Position numbers and translations under genes: made by a program | Notes under the pieces: generated by a model | What the model saw: only the letters and a program-made list of their open reading frames with translations | What the model was told of the DNA's origin: nothing | Database searches by the model: none | Shown: in pieces, positions 1 to 10,186 of the stretch | Position numbering within the stretch: position 1 is the stretch's first letter | Layout: every line of letters starts with the position of its first letter | Source: an uncultured Nitrososphaerota archaeon | GTDB taxonomy: Archaea; Thermoproteota; EX4484-205; JAAOZO01 | NCBI GenBank assembly: GCA_964408285.1 | Contig: CAYOYV010000002.1 | Location: 32,001-96,000, forward strand | Length of the DNA stretch: 64,000 bases | Reading direction: 5' to 3'

Positions 1-1
1 T

Positions 2-439
2 CAGCTCAAGCGGATACCGCGATATCTTATCCGTCAGTCCGACTGAATCCAGTGTCTCCCTAGCCATATCCTCTGCCTGGTCCCTAGGTGCCTTCTTGAC
101 CTTTTCAATGGGGAAAGCGACATTGCGCAGGACCGTCATGTGTGGAAATAGCGTATAACTCTGAAAAACCAATGCTAGCTCCTGCCTGACCAGCGAGGCA
201 GTCTTCTCAGTCAGTTCACTCCCTTCTATGAATATTCTCCCCTTGGAGGGCTTAACCAAATACAGCAATGATTTCAGGAGAGTGCTTTTTCCAGATCCGC
301 TAGGACCTATTATCACAGCCTTCTCATTCTTGTGTATTTCAAGATCGATTCCGCATAGTGCCTCCGCTCCTCCGTAGGTAACATGGAGATCCTCGATTAC
401 TATCATTGGCCTTTCTGGGGGAGGGAGAATCTGGTTCAC
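2..439 (-). CDS. Polar amino-acid ABC transporter ATP-binding subunit (GlnQ-like), partial, runs off left edge
   Basis: Not in ORF track. Manual translation gives MIVIEDLHVTYGG...GPSGSGKSTLL (Walker A)...LVFQSYTLFPHMTVLRNV (Q-loop). Start is GTG 439 or ATG 406, directly after the permease. Confidence 0.9.
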   Translation of the reverse strand, partial: MNQILPPPERPMIVIEDLHVTYGGAEALCGIDLEIHKNEKAVIIGPSGSGKSTLLKSLLYLVKPSKGRIFIEGSELTEKTASLVRQELALVFQSYTLFPHMTVLRNVAFPIEKVKKAPRDQAEDMARETLDSVGLTDKISRYPLEL

Positions 440-441
440 GA

Positions 442-1110
442 CTACCTCTTCCGTATGTAGCCGGGAATTGATAACTTCTTCTCCATCGAAGCAGAGGCCC
501 TTGACAGCGTGAAGCAGATCGCGAAGTATATCGCTGCCACAAGCAAGTAGACCTCAAGTGGTAAGAAGGTCCAGGCCATTACATACTCCCCCCTTCTTGT
601 CAACTCGGCTACGCCAATCACTGAAACGAGGGAGCTCTCCTTTACGAGTGTGACAAGCTCATTCGTCAATGAAGGCAGGACATTCCTCAAAGCGAGGGGA
701 AGGATAATGTGATAGCCTATCTGAAAGCTAGTCAAACCCAGAGACTCCGCGGATTCGAGGTTCTCCTTGGGAATGGATTGAATTCCAGATCGTACTATCT
801 CGGCTTGGTATGCTCCGCTATTGAACCCAACTGCGACTATGCCGGCGGTTATTGGATCGAGTGAGATGCCGAAGGAAGGAAGGCCAAAATACACCAACAG
901 GATCTGAACTAGTAAAGGAGTCCCCCGTATTGCTTCAACATACACGGACGAGATCAGATTCAGTACTCTATCATCGGACATACGGCCAAGGCCGAATAGA
1001 AGCCCAAGCAGGAATCCGAGCGCGAAACCGGCAACGCTGATCTGGATCGTCAGTGGAACCCCTTGTAGCAAGTAGGGTACTATTGAGGTGAGAAAATCAA
1101 TCTCTGGCAT
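442..1110 (-). CDS. Amino-acid ABC transporter permease (HisM/GlnP family)
   Basis: RGTPLLVQ motif, AYQAEIVRSGIQSI and EAA-type loop ESAESLG; hydrophobic helices. Confidence 0.93.
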   Translation of the reverse strand: MPEIDFLTSIVPYLLQGVPLTIQISVAGFALGFLLGLLFGLGRMSDDRVLNLISSVYVEAIRGTPLLVQILLVYFGLPSFGISLDPITAGIVAVGFNSGAYQAEIVRSGIQSIPKENLESAESLGLTSFQIGYHIILPLALRNVLPSLTNELVTLVKESSLVSVIGVAELTRRGEYVMAWTFLPLEVYLLVAAIYFAICFTLSRASASMEKKLSIPGYIRKR

Positions 1111-1125
1111 TCCTATTTGCCCCTA

Positions 1126-1929
1126 TCAGGAACCGAACCACTTTTCGACCATTGTCTCGTACTTTCCGCTCGTCTGCAGATTTGCTATTACCTTGTTCAC
1201 CAGGTCCAACAGGTCCCTTGATTGCTTGCTGACGGCTGCCCCATATTGCTCACCGGTACTTATAGCGAAGTTGAATTGCAGTCCAGCAACTTTCTTGACA
1301 AACATCCTTCCGACGGGTTCATCCAGAAGAAGGACATCAACGTCTCCTTTCTGTAAGGCCAATAGAGCCACAGGCCATCTGTCGTAACCAATCACGTTCG
1401 CCTCTGGAATTGTTCCGTTTGCAACCAGATTATCCATGACCCACGCTTCTCCTGTCGTACCCGTCTGAACTCCTATCTTTTTGCCAGCGAGCGATCCGAT
1501 GTTCTTTCCAGCCAAGGATATCACTGCCTGACTGGCGTTGAAGTAGGGTTTTGAGAAATCGACCACTTGCTGCCTCTCCGGATATATAGATAAGCCAGCC
1601 AACACTAGGTCTATCTCATTGTTTTTCAAGGCAATTATGAGTGCATCGAAACTTATGTCCCTTATCTCCAGTTTCACGCCCAACTCCTTGGCTATTTCAT
1701 TCGCTATGTCAATGTCTAGCCCGACTACCGTATTGGACTCATCGACGAATTCGAACGGGGGAAAGTCAAGTGAGGTCCCGACGATCAACTTACCCCTGCT
1801 CTTGATCGTGGTAATGGTCGGGTATGCTGTTGATAGGTAGAGATTGTATATTGCCCAACCCGCAAGTATTATTACGACCACTCCGATCCCTGCATATATC
1901 CATTTATTCTCCATCTTTGATCGTAACAT
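1126..1929 (-). CDS. Amino-acid ABC transporter substrate-binding protein (SBP family 3) with N-terminal membrane anchor
   Basis: VGTSLDFPPFEF, GLDIDIA, RQQVVDFSKPY, GVQTGTT. Confidence 0.93.
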   Translation of the reverse strand: MLRSKMENKWIYAGIGVVVIILAGWAIYNLYLSTAYPTITTIKSRGKLIVGTSLDFPPFEFVDESNTVVGLDIDIANEIAKELGVKLEIRDISFDALIIALKNNEIDLVLAGLSIYPERQQVVDFSKPYFNASQAVISLAGKNIGSLAGKKIGVQTGTTGEAWVMDNLVANGTIPEANVIGYDRWPVALLALQKGDVDVLLLDEPVGRMFVKKVAGLQFNFAISTGEQYGAAVSKQSRDLLDLVNKVIANLQTSGKYETMVEKWFGS

Positions 1930-2020
1930 ACAGGCGAGGAGAGATCCAATTATGATTTATGTAACCCGCGTCACAATCTCCCATCTTTGTGTTCCAAGCA
2001 CAACATCGTCCGTGACTTTG

Positions 2021-2719
2021 TCAAGATTCGAATCGTCGAATTCCTAGGATGGTGTTCTCCAGGAGCGAATAGGCCAGAAGCGCTTGTTTCCTATCGATAA
2101 TAAGAACAGTGTCGGTGTGGCATGACATTATCTGAGTTATGTTTATTCCACGCCTAGCCAGAGAAGAGATTATGTATGAGATAACACCGGGGGTTCCTAT
2201 GATGTCCCTAGAGCTTATCATCACTATGGCTGACTGATCAAGCACAACATCCTTGACGTTTGCCTTGGGGAAGACTTCCTTGAGATCATCATACAGATCG
2301 GAATCCAACGCAATCGTTACGGACGATACTCCTTGTGTGAGTTGCATGAACCTGCTCCTGTCGACAGCATGCATCACTTGCATGATGTTCTCTTTGAATG
2401 ATTCCGTGCCGACAGTCAAGACCACTATTTCGTTCTTAAGCTCCAACTTGCTGTTTTTTATTATGTCAGTTATCCTTTTCTCTGAAATTGCTGCCGATTC
2501 CTCTCTCACATCTTCCTTTAGTCTTATGAGGGCCATCTTTATCGCATCAGGGCTGACATCCTTCTTTCTGAGGGTGATTTCGACTTCTGGAGCCAAGAAA
2601 TCCGCGACGGAGCTATAGTTCAGAAGATCCATCACTAGGCAGTCGTGGATAGAAGGGTGATAAGAAACGACTTCCTTAACGGACGACGCTACGGATCTTT
2701 CCTCACTTGATGTAACCAT
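2021..2719 (-). CDS. Archaeal ACT-domain protein (probable amino-acid-responsive regulator)
   Basis: N-terminal LLNYSSVA..L and IKMALIR; C-terminal ACT-like TPGVISYI..LARRGINI.QIMSCHTDT. Start moved to ATG 2719 because an AT-rich box lies at about 2746-2756. Confidence 0.75.
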   Translation of the reverse strand: MVTSSEERSVASSVKEVVSYHPSIHDCLVMDLLNYSSVADFLAPEVEITLRKKDVSPDAIKMALIRLKEDVREESAAISEKRITDIIKNSKLELKNEIVVLTVGTESFKENIMQVMHAVDRSRFMQLTQGVSSVTIALDSDLYDDLKEVFPKANVKDVVLDQSAIVMISSRDIIGTPGVISYIISSLARRGINITQIMSCHTDTVLIIDRKQALLAYSLLENTILGIRRFES

Positions 2720-2852
2720 TGAGACCAACGTAGACAGCTGCCTGAGGATATTTAACATCAATACCTAGAAGTGAGCGTGAGAACAGGATCCGGCAGTCCT
2801 AGTTTCAGCATGAATTACGCGATCTGATTAAGCTTATCTTTTCGTAAATCAC

Positions 2853-3872
2853 ATGATTGCGAGAATGCAAGTACTTACGGCAGGATTCTTGGTGGCGGAC
2901 ATAATAGCTGCCGACCTGCCTAAGCTAGCTGATGAGGGCGAACTGCTATTTGCGCCGAAAGGTATCCAGTTGAGCATCGGAGGGCATCCGGCAAACGTCT
3001 CAATTGACCTGAGGCAACTGGGGATTCCACCAAAGGAGGTCGCACTCGTTTCGGCGATAGGAAGAGACATGTTCGGGAATTTCATCAAGGACACTCTGGA
3101 AGCTCATCAGATTGTAACGCGGCTTCAAATAGTAGAGAATATTGACACGACGAAGAATATCATAATGGTAGTCAAGAACGAAGACAGAAGATTCCATCTC
3201 GATCTCGGTGCGAGTTGGCATTTGGATCCAAGGATGGTCGAGGCATTTCTCAAGGAGACTAGACCGGATATATTCTACGTGGCTACTGGCATAGTACGGA
3301 AGCTTGATGAACGACTACCACAAGTCTTGAAGACCGCCAAGGAGATGGGCTGTCTGACATTCGTAGACATAGTAAGGCCATACATGAAGGGCTGGGATTT
3401 CGTGATTCCTTCCTTCAGATCCACCGATATTTTCCACTGTAACGATTATGAAGCGACAGAAATAACTGGAAAGAACCAACTAATCGAGTCACTCGGTTTC
3501 ATTATCAAGGCAGGCGCACGCGCAGTCTTTGTCACGACCGGCCAAGGAGGCGCTACTGCAATGACTTCAGAAGGGGGCCTCGTTCGACAACCGGCCTTGA
3601 GAGTCACCGCCGTTGATCCAACAGGAGCAGGAGATGCGTTCTGCGCAGGCATCGTACGCGAGCTCTTAAGAAGGCGCGTCACGAAGGATCCGAAGGAAGC
3701 TCTCTCCATATCAAGCCTGCCGGAGATATTGCTCTATGGTCAGGCGGCAGGAGCCGCTTGCGTCACCGGAATAGGAACAACGACCAACGTGACAAGGGAA
3801 GTCGTGCAAGGACTCATGGACAGGCAAGGCAAATCAATTCTTAAGGCGACAGAATCCAGAGAGTTAGGATAG
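2853..3872 (+). CDS. PfkB/ribokinase-family carbohydrate kinase
   Basis: GGHPANVS, IGRDMFG and C-terminal signature VDPTGAGDAFCAG. Confidence 0.93.
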   Translation: MIARMQVLTAGFLVADIIAADLPKLADEGELLFAPKGIQLSIGGHPANVSIDLRQLGIPPKEVALVSAIGRDMFGNFIKDTLEAHQIVTRLQIVENIDTTKNIIMVVKNEDRRFHLDLGASWHLDPRMVEAFLKETRPDIFYVATGIVRKLDERLPQVLKTAKEMGCLTFVDIVRPYMKGWDFVIPSFRSTDIFHCNDYEATEITGKNQLIESLGFIIKAGARAVFVTTGQGGATAMTSEGGLVRQPALRVTAVDPTGAGDAFCAGIVRELLRRRVTKDPKEALSISSLPEILLYGQAAGAACVTGIGTTTNVTREVVQGLMDRQGKSILKATESRELG

Positions 3873-3941
3873 ACATTCATTAGAGATGCACTAGCGTGCC
3901 AGATTTATTAGCCTAGGTTCGGACGTGGAGGACGAGCTTCC

Positions 3942-5066
3942 ATGATCAGGGATATCAGGAGTCAAGGTAGGTTGAGAAGCAAGGATCAATTGGTGAAGCA
4001 TCTCGACGAGTTTAGATTGATGCCAAAATTCTCCGCCGGAGTTTGGTACTTCTTTCCATCCGGCAGTAGATTCCACGAAAGATATGGTGCTCCCGGCTCA
4101 ATAGAAGACACTCTCGGCATTGTCTCGAGACTCCATGATGAGGAAGCAATTGACAGCAGTTTCAGGCTTGAAGCGCACTACCCAAATGAAGTAAACAGAG
4201 ACAATGTTGATGATTACAGGGCAATCAAAAAGGAAACGGGAATCGGTCTTATCACAGTTGTGCCAAACCTGTTCTTCGAGAGGGAGTTCGAGTTCGGATC
4301 TCTATCAAGCCCAATCAAGGAAGTCAGGGACCATGCGATATCAAGGACCGTTGAAGCATTGACGCTTAATAGGGAATTGGATACTGATTTCATGATAGTT
4401 TGGCCCGGAATCGATGGCTACGAGAACCCATTCGCTACTGATTTCATCGGGATGTGGAATAGGTTTGAGGGGGGCTTGGCCTATGCGATGGATCAGGTTC
4501 CAGGAAGAAGAGTCGCAATAGAACCAAAGCCGTATGAGCCAAGGGGAAATAACATCTACAGGAATACCTCTAACGGGATACTGATGGCGCACAAGGTGGA
4601 GAGACTCCTGTTATCTAGGGAGAACAGAGAATTAATAGAAAAGGGGCACGCACTTGTAGCTCTCAATCCAGAAGTGGGGCATGTCCTGATGGGGCATGAA
4701 GAACTCGCGTATTCGCTTGCATCAATTCTAAGGGAGGGTAGGCTGGCTCACACCCACTGGAATAGCCAACCCTTGGGAAACTACGATCAGGATCTTAACG
4801 TCGGTGTCCTCGGACTGGATCAGCTGTATTCTGCACTTTTCACCCTGAAGATGCAGGGATATGATGGATATTTCGGCATCGACATCAATCCGGAAAGGAT
4901 GCCAGTTGATACAGCCCTGAAATTGAACATGAAGGCCATCAGGACCGCTTGTGACAAACTCAACCATATTCCGTATGAGGATTGGGTGAACTTGGTAGAA
5001 GCGATGATCAATCCATCAGCAAACAGGGGAATGATAGAAGAGACATTTCTGAGAAATCTCCTTTGA
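3942..5066 (+). CDS. xylA: Xylose isomerase-family sugar isomerase
   Basis: Metal-ligand motifs WPGIDG, IEPKPYEPR, LNPEVGH, HWNSQ..YDQDL, GIDINP; substrate not proven. Confidence 0.72.
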   Translation: MIRDIRSQGRLRSKDQLVKHLDEFRLMPKFSAGVWYFFPSGSRFHERYGAPGSIEDTLGIVSRLHDEEAIDSSFRLEAHYPNEVNRDNVDDYRAIKKETGIGLITVVPNLFFEREFEFGSLSSPIKEVRDHAISRTVEALTLNRELDTDFMIVWPGIDGYENPFATDFIGMWNRFEGGLAYAMDQVPGRRVAIEPKPYEPRGNNIYRNTSNGILMAHKVERLLLSRENRELIEKGHALVALNPEVGHVLMGHEELAYSLASILREGRLAHTHWNSQPLGNYDQDLNVGVLGLDQLYSALFTLKMQGYDGYFGIDINPERMPVDTALKLNMKAIRTACDKLNHIPYEDWVNLVEAMINPSANRGMIEETFLRNLL

Positions 5067-5142
5067 TGCCAATCCGGTCTAATGAGCATCTAGCTGTTGC
5101 GAAGGAGCCATATAGGCACAATTGAAGAAAAAGAAAGGTGAG

Positions 5143-6303
5143 CTAGAAGCTCACCACCATCCTCTTACCGGTAGATGCCGATTCTAGTATCGAGTCGAGT
5201 ATCACCGCATTTTTATATCCATCCTCGAATGTTGCACCTATCGGGGCTATCTGCCCATCATTGACGATTGCGTTTACGAAGTGATAGATTTCATTGATGA
5301 AGGTGTGTTCCCATCCTATTATGTGTCCTGAAGGCCAATACCTTTCGATGTACGGTTGCGTTTTCTCCGTCACCAGTATCTCGGTCCAGCCTCCTATAGC
5401 TTTCTGTTCTCCCGCCTTGTCGTAGAATCTGAGCTCATTCAACCTCTCCAAGTTGAACTCAAGCGATCCCTTCTCCCCATTCACTTCAAAGTTATTGTAG
5501 TTCTTTCTTCCAGTTGCGAATCTTGAGGCCTCTAGAGTGCCTATCGCTCCATTGGCGAATTCCACAGTCGCCTCGAACGCATCCTCGACGGTCACCTTTC
5601 CCCTTCTGGACGGTTGTGCAGGCAGCGGCCTTTCCTCAATGAAGGTCCTCGTGATTCCTGATATGGCAACGGGCTCTCCTATGACGAACCTTGCCAAGTC
5701 AACTATGTGGCTTCCGAGGTCTCCTAGTGGGCCACTTCCTGCACTGTCCTTCTGTAGCCTCCATACGAGGGGGAAGTCAGGGTCTACTATCCAATCCTGT
5801 AGGTACCTTGCCCTGAAGTGATAGATTTTTCCCAAGACTCCGGACTTCACGATGTTTCGGGCCAACTGAACTGCCGGAACAAATCTGTAATTGAATGCAA
5901 CCATTGTCTTCACTCCGTGTTTCTTGGATACCTCATACATGGCCTTCGCCTCTTTCGCATTTCTCGCCAAGGGTTTCTCGCAGATCACATGTTTCCCATT
6001 CTCAATCGCAAGTATGCTCGGCTCGGGATGCATGTCATTTGGCAGGCAATTGTCTATTATCTGGACCTCAGGATCAGCCACCGTGGCCTTCCAGTCCGTG
6101 GAATGTCTCCTGAACCCGAAGTTCTGGGCAGCCTCTTCTACCTTGTTTTGCGTCCTGCCGAATATGACGATCAACTCAGGAACCGCGGGCGGTGGGTAGA
6201 AGAAGTGGGGCATGCTCTTGAACGCGTGTGAATGAGACTTGCCCATGAAGGCATAACCCAACATGCCAACTCCGATTTTCCTGATGCTGGACATTCGTTT
6301 CAC
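5143..6303 (-). CDS. Gfo/Idh/MocA NAD-dependent oxidoreductase, levoglucosan-dehydrogenase-like
   Basis: GYAFMGKSHS, CEKPLA, AFNYRF, YLQDW..DP..PL.WR, GPLGDLGSH. Confidence 0.9.
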   Translation of the reverse strand: MKRMSSIRKIGVGMLGYAFMGKSHSHAFKSMPHFFYPPPAVPELIVIFGRTQNKVEEAAQNFGFRRHSTDWKATVADPEVQIIDNCLPNDMHPEPSILAIENGKHVICEKPLARNAKEAKAMYEVSKKHGVKTMVAFNYRFVPAVQLARNIVKSGVLGKIYHFRARYLQDWIVDPDFPLVWRLQKDSAGSGPLGDLGSHIVDLARFVIGEPVAISGITRTFIEERPLPAQPSRRGKVTVEDAFEATVEFANGAIGTLEASRFATGRKNYNNFEVNGEKGSLEFNLERLNELRFYDKAGEQKAIGGWTEILVTEKTQPYIERYWPSGHIIGWEHTFINEIYHFVNAIVNDGQIAPIGATFEDGYKNAVILDSILESASTGKRMVVSF

Positions 6304-7281
6304 CTACCACCAGGGCTTGACCTCGGGGGGCTTTATCTTCACAAGCGGCTTGAGGAAGGCTATTGCCTGTTCAACGCCAGAGTCCCTGCTGAAACACGGA
6401 TCCTCGTGTTCGACGCTGAGCGCGTAGTCGTACCCTGTTTCCAATAGCGCAGTTATGACTTGCTTCCATGGAACCTGACCCCAGCCAACTGTTCTGAATC
6501 TGACGCCTCTCGCGACTCTCGTCCAAGGGCCAGGAATGAGAACGCCGGTCCTAGAGACAACGTGGGGGATGACCTCAACATCCTTCGCATGGGCGTGATA
6601 TATCCTGTCATGTAGTTCGTAAATGAACTGCGCAGTGTCCATCCCTTGCCACACAAGATGCGACGGATCGTAGTTGAAGCCAAGTGCAGGATGCCCATTG
6701 CCTGCCTCGACCAATGCCTTAGCAGTGTCGAGATTGTGATTCAGTTCCTGGGGATGGGTTTCAAAGGCGACTTTCACTCCATGGTCTTTCGCAAAATCCA
6801 ATACTGGTAGCCATCGCTCCTTGAACAGGTTCAGGTAGCCATCCCAGATCTTCTGATTAGCTGGAGGGAAAGGGAACCACTTACCCCATTCTGGCACACC
6901 TGTGAAACCATTTACGACTCGAACTCCCAGAGACTGTGCTGCTTCTATTGTTCGCATCATCCTTCTGGTGCCGTACTTGACCTTTTCAGACGGAGTGCCC
7001 TTGAACCAATCGTCTGTGGATTCGTCGTGAGGACCTAGTATCAATTGGCCTTCAAGATGATTGCTCAATGCAGAGATCTCCAGACCATGTTTCCCCATCT
7101 CCCTAAGATATTCCTGCGACCCTCCCTCCACGACGCTATCTATGTCGATATGGTTGCTTCCTTTCCACGCAGCTATCTCAACCATCTCAAATCCGATAGT
7201 GGCAACGTATGACAGGACCTGATCTAAGGGTTGGTCATTGTATAGAGCTAGGAAAATTCCAACTTTCATTTCACTTTGCAC
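6304..7281 (-). CDS. Sugar-phosphate isomerase/epimerase, AP-endonuclease-2 TIM barrel
   Basis: FETHP, NYDPSH, HAHAKD, SVEHED metal motifs; abuts the oxidoreductase with no gap. Confidence 0.88.
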   Translation of the reverse strand: MQSEMKVGIFLALYNDQPLDQVLSYVATIGFEMVEIAAWKGSNHIDIDSVVEGGSQEYLREMGKHGLEISALSNHLEGQLILGPHDESTDDWFKGTPSEKVKYGTRRMMRTIEAAQSLGVRVVNGFTGVPEWGKWFPFPPANQKIWDGYLNLFKERWLPVLDFAKDHGVKVAFETHPQELNHNLDTAKALVEAGNGHPALGFNYDPSHLVWQGMDTAQFIYELHDRIYHAHAKDVEVIPHVVSRTGVLIPGPWTRVARGVRFRTVGWGQVPWKQVITALLETGYDYALSVEHEDPCFSRDSGVEQAIAFLKPLVKIKPPEVKPWW

Positions 7282-7494
7282 CCTTCGCTAATAAAGCTCT
7301 GTCAAGAAATATAAAGCTGAGCTGAAGTCGGCTCCCGAAATCATAGATGCATTCTGACGATCTTTGCCGGTTCGGAGAAGATGACCTATCCTATCCGTGT
7401 AATCCATTCCGAACATTGGTGATGCCGCTTTCGAGGTAACCAGATAACGGCAAGAGAATAACGTAAAATAGGGGGCCCTCTTCATCTCCTACGG

Positions 7495-9564
7495 ATGAGA
7501 ACAGAGGTCTTTAGCACAGGATTCCAAGTTGATGGCAATAGGATCGACTTCCTTTCCGGAGAATTCCACTACTGGCGAGTCAAAAGGGGAAATTGGGAGT
7601 CCATCTTTGATCGCCTAATAGCCATGGGACTCAAAGCCGTCTCGACATATGTCCCATGGAACTTCCATGCCGTGCATGGCTCATACGACTTCCGCGGCGA
7701 GACCGATCCGCAGAGAGACTTGGCCGGCTTCATAGATCTGGTGAAAAGCAGAAATCTTTGGATGATGATCAGGCCAGGGCCTTACATCTATGCCGAATGG
7801 AAATATGGCGGAGTACCAAAAGAGGCGTTTCAACTTCACAGATTTGATGGTCGATTCAAGTCACTTGCCTCCAAATACATATCAGCAGTTTGCGGTGATT
7901 GCATTGTCCGCAATCTATCAACTAGAGGCGGGCCTATATTCGTGTTGCAGGCGGATAACGAGATAGACCCTTGGATAAGGTTTTACCGAGAGCAATTAGG
8001 GCTGTCGAAGACATGGGGCCCCTTCAAGGATTTCCTTGCGGGTAAGTACAAAACTATAGTGGAGCTGAATAGGGCTTGGGAGTCACAACACCATGGCTTC
8101 GAGGACGTATGGCCCTTCGAGGAACATCCACTCAAGACAGAGCTGCCAATCGGCAAGGGGATCTTCACAAGATATCTTGACTATAGGTCGTTCCTGGATT
8201 GGGCAGTAGAACAAACACTGTCATGGGTGGTTGAGGAATACAAGAGGAATGGAGTTGATGTACCCATAATAACAAACACTTACGACGATTTTGTTTTCCA
8301 TGATTTGACGAAATTGACAAGGATAGTTGACCTTCCTTGCATGGACATCTATCTATCCAAACATCTTCCCGAAGAGGAATTCCTCAAGCTTTCGTACTGG
8401 GTGAGGGTATATTCCGCATATTCCAAGTTGCCCGTTGCAACCGAATTCCAATCGGGGATATGGACCGACTCCCTGTATTCCACTGGGCCGATAGATGGCA
8501 GACATGAGAAGCTCTTGGGGTTGGCCGCCATGGCTTGGGGGCTCAAGGGATGGAACTGGTACATGGCAGTTGGGCGAGACAATTGGACATGCGCACCGAT
8601 CAACGAATGGGGGCTGATAAATCCGGATGTCTATGAAGCCCTTACGCATCTCTCTTCCTTATACCAGAAGGTCAGGCCCTGTCAGCTGATCAGACTCACA
8701 GGCCTTGCGTTATGCCACTATAGACCACAGCTTCTGTTGGGACTTCCTTCTGAATTGTTTTCTGAGCATTGGGGAACTTGCTTCAGAAGCCTGCATAAGA
8801 CCGGCCTTGATTTCACTTTCTACAATCCTGAGATTGACGCCGAGAGGAGGCCTCTCGTGCTATACGCCGGAAATGAGATGATGTGGAAGAAAGATGCAGC
8901 AAATCTATTGAGGTCATGCAAAGGCGGGACGCACGTGGTTTTCTTCCGGAGCTTTCCAAGCAGGGATTTCTCAGGAGAGGAATTGGATGAATTCAACTTC
9001 ATGCCAAGGCCGATTGGAACCAGGGGAGAACCGAGGGGAAGACAGATGCTGGTAGAGCTATCATTTCGGAATTCAATTGCGACATCACTCATAGATGGAT
9101 TCGGTTTCTACGATGGAGACTGCGGCGAGAAGATCACATTGCATGGCATTTCAAAAGCCTCTGCCTATACCGATTCGGAGCCAGTCCTCGGTGAACATGT
9201 GGTAGGATCCTCCAAAGAGATTGGGAGCGGGCGAGCGACGATCTTGGGACTTGAACCCACAGCGGACATCATCGAATTCCTTGTGCGAGGGTTCTCTGTT
9301 TCCTTGCCAGGCAGGGCCCTGACTCCAGATACGCATGTTGCCGTACATCATGACACAGGTGACAATTCCAGATATGTCGTTTTCATGATAAATAACTCCT
9401 CCCGACCTCAACTTGCCTCCATGAAGTTGAATCTACCCTTGGGAAGGTATAGGTTCGCAGCCATTCAATCCAAGAATGAGGGGGTGATCGATGGTGACGG
9501 AGAATTGCACCAGTTCATCGATTGGAAGGACGGAGAGATAATCGAACTAGCGCAGATTCGGTGA
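7495..9564 (+). CDS. GH35-type beta-galactosidase / exo-beta-glycosidase
   Basis: SGEFHYWR, STYVPWNFH, IRPGPYIYAEW..GG; acid/base QADNE; nucleophile TEFQSG; GH42-like segment KYKTIVELNRAW. Confidence 0.88.
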   Translation: MRTEVFSTGFQVDGNRIDFLSGEFHYWRVKRGNWESIFDRLIAMGLKAVSTYVPWNFHAVHGSYDFRGETDPQRDLAGFIDLVKSRNLWMMIRPGPYIYAEWKYGGVPKEAFQLHRFDGRFKSLASKYISAVCGDCIVRNLSTRGGPIFVLQADNEIDPWIRFYREQLGLSKTWGPFKDFLAGKYKTIVELNRAWESQHHGFEDVWPFEEHPLKTELPIGKGIFTRYLDYRSFLDWAVEQTLSWVVEEYKRNGVDVPIITNTYDDFVFHDLTKLTRIVDLPCMDIYLSKHLPEEEFLKLSYWVRVYSAYSKLPVATEFQSGIWTDSLYSTGPIDGRHEKLLGLAAMAWGLKGWNWYMAVGRDNWTCAPINEWGLINPDVYEALTHLSSLYQKVRPCQLIRLTGLALCHYRPQLLLGLPSELFSEHWGTCFRSLHKTGLDFTFYNPEIDAERRPLVLYAGNEMMWKKDAANLLRSCKGGTHVVFFRSFPSRDFSGEELDEFNFMPRPIGTRGEPRGRQMLVELSFRNSIATSLIDGFGFYDGDCGEKITLHGISKASAYTDSEPVLGEHVVGSSKEIGSGRATILGLEPTADIIEFLVRGFSVSLPGRALTPDTHVAVHHDTGDNSRYVVFMINNSSRPQLASMKLNLPLGRYRFAAIQSKNEGVIDGDGELHQFIDWKDGEIIELAQIR

Positions 9565-9589
9565 TACCACCCCACTCTCCCTAACTGTT

Positions 9590-10057
9590 TCAGAATTCGT
9601 AGAGTCTATATCCGAGCAGACGAGTTCCATCCCGGTCGAAGTGAAATACACCGCGAAATCTCTTTCCTGCAATGAGAAGTGGAAGCCAGAACTTGTCGTC
9701 TTCCCACATTTGTCCATAGGGTATCTCCTGTAGACTAAACCATCTGATCTCTCCCTCAGAACTGGATTTGATCGATCCGCTGAATGAATCGACAAGGAAA
9801 ACGTAGACTATCCAGTCAACTTGCTTTTTGTGTCCGAAGTAGAATTTCAACACTCCATGCTGATTGATGCTGGAGACACTAAGTCCGGTTTCCTCGCGGA
9901 CTTCCCTAATGGCGCAATCTCCAGGTGTCTCTTTCTCTCTCAATTTCCCTCCTGGGCCGTTCCATCTACCTTCGCCGAACAGCCCCTTTGACTTCCTAAG
10001 CAACAGCACTTTCCTGTCGGAGATTATGTGGCAGAGCGTCGCGTAGATTGTTGCCAT
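9590..10057 (-). CDS. NUDIX hydrolase, MTH1/8-oxo-dGTPase-like
   Basis: Nudix box GGK..E.ETP..CAIREVREETG; FG.GRWNG.GG and MWEDD.FWLP. Confidence 0.9.
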   Translation of the reverse strand: MATIYATLCHIISDRKVLLLRKSKGLFGEGRWNGPGGKLREKETPGDCAIREVREETGLSVSSINQHGVLKFYFGHKKQVDWIVYVFLVDSFSGSIKSSSEGEIRWFSLQEIPYGQMWEDDKFWLPLLIAGKRFRGVFHFDRDGTRLLGYRLYEF

Positions 10058-10186
10058 GTGCGAGGCATTTACTTGGCAAAGCTGGTATTATGTTTTGCAC
10101 GAAGCCGAGACCTCAGGCTCAACGAATGCGCCCACGCGAGCGCTTTGTCAGATAGCGATATTAACTATTACGTGGCCTGTCAACCG

